A stretch of 64,000 nt of DNA from an uncultured Eubacterium sp. (GTDB lineage Bacteria > Bacillota > Clostridia > Oscillospirales > CAG-272), in assembly GCA_900544285.1 (NCBI GenBank), contig UQUT01000001.1:69031-133030 (forward strand), in the 5' to 3' direction. The notes beneath the pieces were generated by a model. It worked only from the letters and a program-made list of their open reading frames with translations. It did no database searches and had not been told where the DNA came from. This document shows, one piece after another, positions 59,401 through 64,000 of this stretch (within the stretch, counting starts at the first letter, position 1; each line of letters starts with the position of its first letter). The position numbers and the translations under genes are program-made.

Positions 59401-60744
59401 AAAAAGGTGAAAGGTCACACCTTCATTCAGGTTATCCTCTGAGGATTTGATAACCTGAATATCGCCACGCTTCAAGACATTATTGAAATTTACCGTTGCG
59501 GTCTGTCCTGAAACAACCGTCACTCGATGGGTTTCCTGCGGTTCATAGAGGTCGTATGACTGCTCGGTTACAAGGTAAATTCCGGGCATTAGGTTGTCGA
59601 TGGTGATTTCGCCCCGGCTATTCGTTTTCACGGTCTGGTTGATTCCGTTGCCTGTAATGGTAAAGGAAATGTTATCGACCTTGCCATCTTCGGACGTTTT
59701 TACGATTTTCGCTGAACCATAGGAAACTTCAAGCTTCAAAAACCCTTTGACCGGATCATTTACGCTCTGGGCATAGGTCACAAGGTCTTGCACTCCACTG
59801 TTCGGGTTATAGATACCGTCGCCCCAAACAACAATGCCTTTTCTCTGCGAATTTCTCTTTTCTGCGGTTACGGTAACAGACGAGCTTGGTGCGCTGTCCG
59901 CCGTAATAATGAGTTCATCGCCGCTTTTCTCAAAGGAAATCCCCGGCTCGTTTGCAGAAAAGGTATATTCGCTTAAAACGCCGTTGGAATCGGTAAGAGT
60001 GGCAGAATAATTCGTGCCATTCCATTCAAGCTCAATACTATCCGCCCTGCCGGGGGTGGCGCTGCAAAAATCAGGCAGCATACTGTGCTTCTGAACGCTT
60101 CTCTCAATGCGCTCATAGTGGTCGATGACCTGAGAATACAGGGGGTGGTCGGTGCTGATGGAATCGAGAACAGCGTCGTAGCCGCCGGAACCGATATTCT
60201 CAAAAGCCTCGTTTCTCTCACCGACTACGGTTTCCCAAACCAAAATCTGAGTCGCCATCGCTTCGGCAAGGGTATCTGCGTCACCCGCATTCTGAGAGCG
60301 CCAACTTGTGCTGATTGTCCCGGTATAGCCATACTGGAAGATACGGCCAATGAACATCTTAATTTCATACGGGGTAATCGTGTTGTTGAAATCGCCGGGG
60401 TAGTTATCCCAAAAATATTCATCTCGGGCGGTAAGGCTGTCCCCGGTTTCAAGGGGTACGCCGGGTTCAATGCAGTAGCAGATATTCCCGGTATACGAGT
60501 TCATCGCATAGACGGTTGTGTATCGGGAAGAATCGGCATACCAACCATTTCGGTAGGTCAGGCTGCCGTGTCCCCACGAATTGCTGTAATTGCTATCCCC
60601 ATCACGGGGGAACGAAACAAGGAATGCTTCTGCTTCCTCGCCTGCGGCAAAGGCGGTTGTCGAGCCAATGCCCATAAAGGTGGAAAGGCACATCACAAGG
60701 GCAAGGAGAGCCGACGCACCTTTCCTGAAAATACTCTTTTTCAT
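56479..60744 (-). CDS. Cell-wall-anchored adhesin: signal peptide, N-terminal thioester domain (TED), many CnaB/SpaA-type repeats, TPKTG sorting signal
   Basis: ATG at 60744 (MKKSIFRKGASALLALVMCLSTF..AFA). TED motifs YCIEPG and ATQILVWE. Repeated ...G.L.I.K.D......L.GA.F.... units. C-terminal TPKTGDSSNIG + TM helix + RKKKKGDK. Confidence 0.85.
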   Translation of the reverse strand: MKKSIFRKGASALLALVMCLSTFMGIGSTTAFAAGEEAEAFLVSFPRDGDSNYSNSWGHGSLTYRNGWYADSSRYTTVYAMNSYTGNICYCIEPGVPLETGDSLTARDEYFWDNYPGDFNNTITPYEIKMFIGRIFQYGYTGTISTSWRSQNAGDADTLAEAMATQILVWETVVGERNEAFENIGSGGYDAVLDSISTDHPLYSQVIDHYERIERSVQKHSMLPDFCSATPGRADSIELEWNGTNYSATLTDSNGVLSEYTFSANEPGISFEKSGDELIITADSAPSSSVTVTAEKRNSQRKGIVVWGDGIYNPNSGVQDLVTYAQSVNDPVKGFLKLEVSYGSAKIVKTSEDGKVDNISFTITGNGINQTVKTNSRGEITIDNLMPGIYLVTEQSYDLYEPQETHRVTVVSGQTATVNFNNVLKRGDIQVIKSSEDNLNEGVTFHLFGTSLSGIEVDEYAVTDQNGVAKFEDVLISGSTPFTIEEVDTAIRYVIPEKQTAPVKWNEVTTRNFTNILKKFAVTVTKSDSETGTPQGDGTLGGAKYGIFKGEELIDEYFTDKNGQFTTKEYICDSDWTIRELEPSEGYLLDPTIHKVGAEPELYTIEHNQTANDVLETIIKGNIAIIKHTDNGDTQIETPEEGAAFEVYLKSSGSFENAKETERDTLTCDENGFAESKQMPYGIYTVHQVSGWEGRELMDDFDVFIAQDGQTYRYLMNNANFESYIKVVKVDAETGKTIPYAGAGFQIYDPSGSLVTMTFTYPTPTTIDVFYTDASGSLVTPEKLPYGSGYSIVEVQSPYGYVLDSTPVYFDITEENSTEESGVTVIKVNKENMPQKGTITIEKTGEVFFGVSVVGGTDESGQELPVIYQPLYEMQGLPDTVYEIRAAEDVITPDGTLRYSKGELVDTVTTDQSGFAKSKELYLGKFEVKEVKASYGMVLNDEIHSVELVYAGQNVAVVETATSFVNERQKAEISLAKSLEVNELFGIGNNGEIKNISFGLFAAEELISASGTSIPADGLIEIITLDENGRAAVKTDLPIGSFYVKELAADNAYILNDTKYPVVFGYAGQDTAKVEIAVNEGTPIENKLIYGSVSGKKTDENGEALGGAVIGLFKTDEGEFTQENAIMTTVSAGDGSFSFENVPYGQWFLREIEQPTGFVLDETVFSVDIGEDGQVVEVEIVNEYIRGNIALTKVDSEYPDNKLTGAEFEVYKDSNDNGELDKEDELLGTLTEKEIGEYEMTGLFYGRFFVKETKAPENFILDENVYEVFIDTDGKTYQVENKAGVGFVNEAMRGNLKIVKTSSDGKVEGFAFRITGENGYDVTLETDRNGEIFIENLRIGEYQISEISNSASAMYILPADKQAAVQTGSTTVVEMHNELRDTPKTGDSSNIGLWIALAGLSVAGITACGILGFRKKKKGDK

Positions 60745-60818
60745 TCTGTGTAAACCTCCTAAAATACAAAAAGCACCGTACTTTTCAGCACGGTGCAATT
60801 CGTGATATTGTTTTGTTT

Positions 60819-61523
60819 TTATGCGTAGCCGATATACAAATCGAAGGTATTATTTCCGGTCGCTTCCGCCCACACCCACACTTCGGAGATAGTTTCGTCC
60901 TTTGCGTAGCGGTTCAGGCAGTCGGTTATATCCCTCTCGAGATATTTGCTGTGCGAACCCGCACCCAACGGATTATCGCTGCAATAGACCGCTTCGTTTG
61001 ATACTTCAAGCCCAACGCTTACGGCATAGTTTTTTGCAAATGAAATCCATTGTTCAATGTCAAAGGCAGGCTCGGTTTCAACGGGCTTTTCTTCTTCGGG
61101 CGGTTCTGTTTGAGGAGGGGGTGTGATCTCCGGTTCAGGTTCTTTGCTTTCAGATGGCTCGGGTACGCTTGGTTTTACCGGCACAACGGGTTCCTGCACG
61201 GGATTGTCCGCTTCATCAGGCAGATCGGCGGGGTGCGCTGTCTGCCCGGTATCAGGAATAGCCTGTATCTGTTCGGCTGTTTCCGTGCTTTCCTCCGTGG
61301 GCGGGATTTTCTTCTCGGGTTCAGAATCCTGCGGCTGTTCAGGCGTTGTTTCAACCTCTTGTTTTTCTTCTGCGGCAGGCGCTTCGGATTCGGGAAAGCT
61401 TTGATTATGACTCTCCGAAAAAGAAAACGGCTGCGGCTTATCTTCTTTCGGCAAGGTATTGTTGCAGCCCGTCAGCGCAAGCAGGATCAGAACCGTGAAA
61501 AAAGCGGTTATCTTTGTTCTCAT
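60819..61523 (-). CDS. Lipoprotein with Pro/Glu-rich linker and C-terminal globular domain
   Basis: ATG at 61523 (MRTKITAFFTVLILLALTGC lipobox). 234 aa. Confidence 0.7.
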   Translation of the reverse strand: MRTKITAFFTVLILLALTGCNNTLPKEDKPQPFSFSESHNQSFPESEAPAAEEKQEVETTPEQPQDSEPEKKIPPTEESTETAEQIQAIPDTGQTAHPADLPDEADNPVQEPVVPVKPSVPEPSESKEPEPEITPPPQTEPPEEEKPVETEPAFDIEQWISFAKNYAVSVGLEVSNEAVYCSDNPLGAGSHSKYLERDITDCLNRYAKDETISEVWVWAEATGNNTFDLYIGYA

Positions 61524-61776
61524 AATCGTTTCACTCCTTTGCTTTTCTGCCCTCATTTTAATCAAAAAGCAGGCCGCAGACAAAGGTGCGAAACAAGGGG
61601 TAATCTTAAATCATAACAAGTCCCTCCCAAATTCGTGAACTGTGCGTTTGCTTTGTAGAGATAGCTCTAATTCTACAAGATAGATTTAGATTAGAGAGAT
61701 AGTTTTTCTTTCGGGTAGTCAGGTAGTATTTCAAGGGGTTGGAGTGTGAGGAAGGGGAAGCTCGACATACTGCGGT

Positions 61777-62742
61777 TTATCGGCTGTCACGCTCGGCACG
61801 GTTTCGCAAAAACCTGTTGTAATGCTCTAATGCCTTGCAGACATATTCCTCCGTCTGATTCAGGGGAACCGTTTTGGGGATAAGGTTTCGCACCCTGTCC
61901 CCACGCAAGACGATTTTTTCCCGCTGATTCGGCTTTTCTTCGCTCATTATGGCCTGAATTACCTCCGGCGTTAATTTGTCCTCCTCAAAAAACTTTCGCA
62001 TACGGATTGCTTGGTCGTGAGAGGGGGTACAAGAACTAAGGTCAATTTCGTCAACTAAATCTCGCTGACAATCTTCACTCAAAGAAGAAATCTCCACAGC
62101 AGGCTTTAACGCCATTTGTAAAGAGCCTTTGTCTTTAATAACCGAGTTATCTACCATTTCAAGCAATTCAGGCACTAATTTTGTCAAACAAATATAGCGG
62201 CGAACTGTTTCTCCGCTTATATCTGCAATCATATCACGACTTTTTGTGCCACTCGACTTGTGCAACCCGGTTGCACAAGTTAAATCTGTTCGTTTGCCTT
62301 GCCGAGCCAGTGCGTTCATTCGCATTTTATAGGCAAAAGCTCGTTCAGATGGAAGTAGCTGCGAGCGCTGAAAGTTGCTCTCTACCATTAAAACTGTCGC
62401 TTCGTCACGGTCGAGGTCTACCACTTCACAGCGCAGCGTTTCAAATCCCGCAAGCTCACAAGCTCTTTTTCTTCTGTGGCCGGAAATCATTTCATACCTG
62501 CCATCTTCCTTCTGCCTGACGGTTGCGGGGGTAATCACGCCACGCTCTTTTACGCTCTCCACAAGCTGAAACATATCCTCATCTTCCCGTACCTGAAACG
62601 GGTGGTCTGGAAAATCGTCAATTTCATCAAGGGGAATATCCCTGATTTTTGCGAGTTTCGCTTCGTCCCGTTCCTCCTGCGAAGAAAACAAATCATCGAG
62701 AGAGTGTGTGGGAAGCGTGAAGTCGCTCTTTCTGCCTGCCAT
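61777..62742 (-). CDS. ParB/Srx-type N-terminal domain protein
   Basis: IPLDEIDDFPDHPFQVRED....LVESVKERGVITPATVR....YEMISGHRRKRA. Overlaps the parA-like gene end. Confidence 0.85.
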   Translation of the reverse strand: MAGRKSDFTLPTHSLDDLFSSQEERDEAKLAKIRDIPLDEIDDFPDHPFQVREDEDMFQLVESVKERGVITPATVRQKEDGRYEMISGHRRKRACELAGFETLRCEVVDLDRDEATVLMVESNFQRSQLLPSERAFAYKMRMNALARQGKRTDLTCATGLHKSSGTKSRDMIADISGETVRRYICLTKLVPELLEMVDNSVIKDKGSLQMALKPAVEISSLSEDCQRDLVDEIDLSSCTPSHDQAIRMRKFFEEDKLTPEVIQAIMSEEKPNQREKIVLRGDRVRNLIPKTVPLNQTEEYVCKALEHYNRFLRNRAERDSR

Positions 62743-63523
62743 CAGCTAACACCTCCTTTGTGAAATTGGCGTAAGCCTTAGACACCGTGCTGTTTGGCTC
62801 ATAGGCATAAATGCTTTTCCCTTTTGAAGAAACCTCTGCGGCTTTTACGGCGATTGGAATGGCAGATCGGTATATCTTGATTCTGCTTCCGAAATTGTCC
62901 CGTAGAGCGTCCACGGTGCTTTTGGCGAGATTGGTTCTCCCGTCCACAAGGGTTAAGAGGATTCCGTCAATTTTCAGATCGGCATTGGTATGCCGCCTGA
63001 CATCAGCAATCGTCTGCAAGAGCTGCGTCATTCCTTTGGCCGGGAGGTACTGCGCCTGCACGGGGATAATCACGCTGTCTGCCGCCGTAAGTGCGTTTAA
63101 GGTAATCATTCCGAGCGAGGGCATACAGTCGATTAGAACATAGTCGTAGCTGCCCTTCACTTGGTTCAGATAATTTTTCAAAACGGCTTCACGGCTCATC
63201 GCTGTAACAAGGCTCATTTCAAACGCTGATAACTCCAAGTTCGAGGGAACAAGGTCAACATTTTCTGCGTGGTGAAGCATACCTTCAAACGGGTTGCTCT
63301 CTGTGTTCCGTATGATTTCAGACAGCTTGCTTGCAAGCGTAACCGGGAGATTATCGGTATCCTGCCAACCGAGGCAGGTCGTTAAATCGCCCTGCGGATC
63401 TGCGTCAATCAGTAAAACCTTTTGTCCCTGCATAGCAAGGCCAATTCCCAAATTGACCGCCGTAGTGGTTTTGCCTACGCCGCCTTTCTGATTGCATATC
63501 GCAATCGTTTTGCAGTTTGGCAT
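62693..63523 (-). CDS. ParA/Soj-family ATPase
   Basis: Deviant Walker A ICNQKGGVGKTTTAVNLG. DADPQGD. AAAGGAGG lies upstream of ATG 63523. Confidence 0.9.
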   Translation of the reverse strand: MPNCKTIAICNQKGGVGKTTTAVNLGIGLAMQGQKVLLIDADPQGDLTTCLGWQDTDNLPVTLASKLSEIIRNTESNPFEGMLHHAENVDLVPSNLELSAFEMSLVTAMSREAVLKNYLNQVKGSYDYVLIDCMPSLGMITLNALTAADSVIIPVQAQYLPAKGMTQLLQTIADVRRHTNADLKIDGILLTLVDGRTNLAKSTVDALRDNFGSRIKIYRSAIPIAVKAAEVSSKGKSIYAYEPNSTVSKAYANFTKEVLADGRQKERLHASHTLSR

Positions 63524-63693
63524 TTTTCGCTTTGCCTCCTTTCTCAGATTTCATAACCGCTTCCATTGAAACGGCTATGTATCTGACCGCAGTATTTGTT
63601 CTCAACCACCCCTGCGGAAAGCATTTCGCTTTGTACGGGAAGCACTAAGGTTACGGTTTGCGAAACCGTTTCATAGGGATTTCACCTCTGCCG

Positions 63694-63880
63694 GGTTCTC
63701 CGCCAGCCCCGTAGGGAAGTATCATTATCATTCTGACTGTCCTTGCCGTCTCGGTGGCAATCCGAGTTTCAGGTCGGGGGTTCTCGCTCACTTTCATAGA
63801 AAGGTCTTGGCGTACCCACCTTCGGGCTATCATCAGAACTAACGTCCTTAGTGCCTGTATATTCAATTTTCAAGGTTCTC
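63694..63880. repeat. Three dispersed copies of GGTTCTC in the ORF-free parA leader
   Basis: Copies at 63694-63700, 63779-63785 and 63874-63880 (GAGAACC on the minus strand), spaced 85 and 95 bp apart. Confidence 0.5.
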
Positions 63881-63911
63881 TGAAGGGGGAAACTCCGGTT
63901 TGGAATTTAAC

Positions 63912-63952
63912 CCCTTCACTAATTCCCAGTGGCACCCCCGTTTTGGTCGGGT
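63912..63952. repeat. Right copy of 41-bp perfect direct repeat (first copy at 667-707)
   Basis: Identical 41-mer. An AT-rich tract with stops in all frames lies to the right, and the parA leader lies to the left. Confidence 0.95.
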
Positions 63953-64000
63953 ATAAATCTAAAAAAAATTAAAAAAATTTTTTCTCACCTTAAAAACTGC

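Larger units (their letters stand above)
25510..63952 (-). mobile_element. Integrative conjugative element core (partition, adhesin, leading-region, relaxosome, T4SS and cell-wall modules); true boundaries unresolved
   Basis: 35 co-oriented CDS including ParA/ParB, MobC, relaxase, T4CP, VirB4, PrgI, a VirB6-like protein, Maff2, sortase and a CHAP hydrolase. The right edge is marked by the 41-bp repeat. Confidence 0.85.

Noticed and set aside
55984-59442. Long plus-strand ORFs (648 aa at 55984-57930 and 477 aa at 58009-59442) opposite the adhesin gene
   Set aside because: They are antisense to a repeat-rich gene with clear signal peptide, TED, CnaB and sorting motifs. The products are low-complexity with no SD. 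They are typical shadow ORFs of repetitive coding sequence.
63651-63866. 71-codon minus-strand ORF in the parA leader
   Set aside because: It has a TTG start without an SD, an Arg/Pro/Gly/Met-rich product and no family resemblance. The region is better explained as structured non-coding sequence.
1-64000. Search by eye for tRNA, rRNA, tmRNA, group II intron ends, CRISPR repeats and IS-type terminal repeats with transposases
   Set aside because: Nothing convincing was found. The intergenic gaps are short and are accounted for by promoters, leaders and terminators. A tRNAscan, Infernal or ISfinder run would be needed to exclude small or degenerate examples.

Overview
64-kb window that looks like a Gram-positive, Clostridia-like genome; the taxon is inferred only from the gene families present. 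I found no rRNA, tRNA or CRISPR array.

It falls into three parts.

(i) 1-5.0 kb is a mobile-element-style regulatory end. It holds a MazF-like toxin with a Cys-rich tail, two sigma/HTH-like genes, a phased GTCGGACA repeat array, and two consensus promoters firing face-to-face across palindromic operators. These are followed by an XRE repressor, an ImmA-type protease and an AlbA_2/ATPase protein.

(ii) 5.2-23.9 kb holds transport and cofactor genes:
- a flavoprotein and an HxlR regulator
- FolT plus a class-V aminotransferase behind a THF-riboswitch-like leader
- DgkA, PAP2, and MarR+MFS
- a Na/Pi-PhoU transporter
- a CDF exporter behind a NiCo-like leader
- pdxS/pdxT with a degenerate PdxR-like regulator

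A lower-GC block follows, with a secreted DNA-entry nuclease, a membrane protein sharing its Ada-type zinc domain, and an XRE / double-zinc-ribbon / SPFH operon.

(iii) 24.0-64.0 kb starts with a tyrosine recombinase enclosed by perfect 20-bp inverted repeats. After it comes a conjugative element of about 38 kb, encoded entirely on the minus strand:
- ParA/ParB and a thioester-domain adhesin
- a 2,947-aa polyvalent ArdC-N/MutS_I/MTase/SNF2 protein
- an HTH-HipA kinase and a Toprim primase-like protein
- MobC, relaxase and PcfB
- T4CP, Maff2, a VirB6-like protein, PrgI and VirB4
- an orphan methyltransferase, sortase B and a CHAP hydrolase

Observations most worth follow-up:
- A complete TnpV-family ORF with its own SD sits in the +1 frame inside the giant gene. 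It coincides exactly with that protein's only low-complexity segment.
- A Hin-like invertible-promoter architecture is built around a tyrosine recombinase.
- A recurrent basic C-terminal tail ending in [F/Y]-E-R occurs on many element proteins.
- A 41-bp perfect direct repeat lies at 667 and 63912 and may define a 63-kb excisable unit.

All product calls rest on motif recognition by eye; no database search was run.
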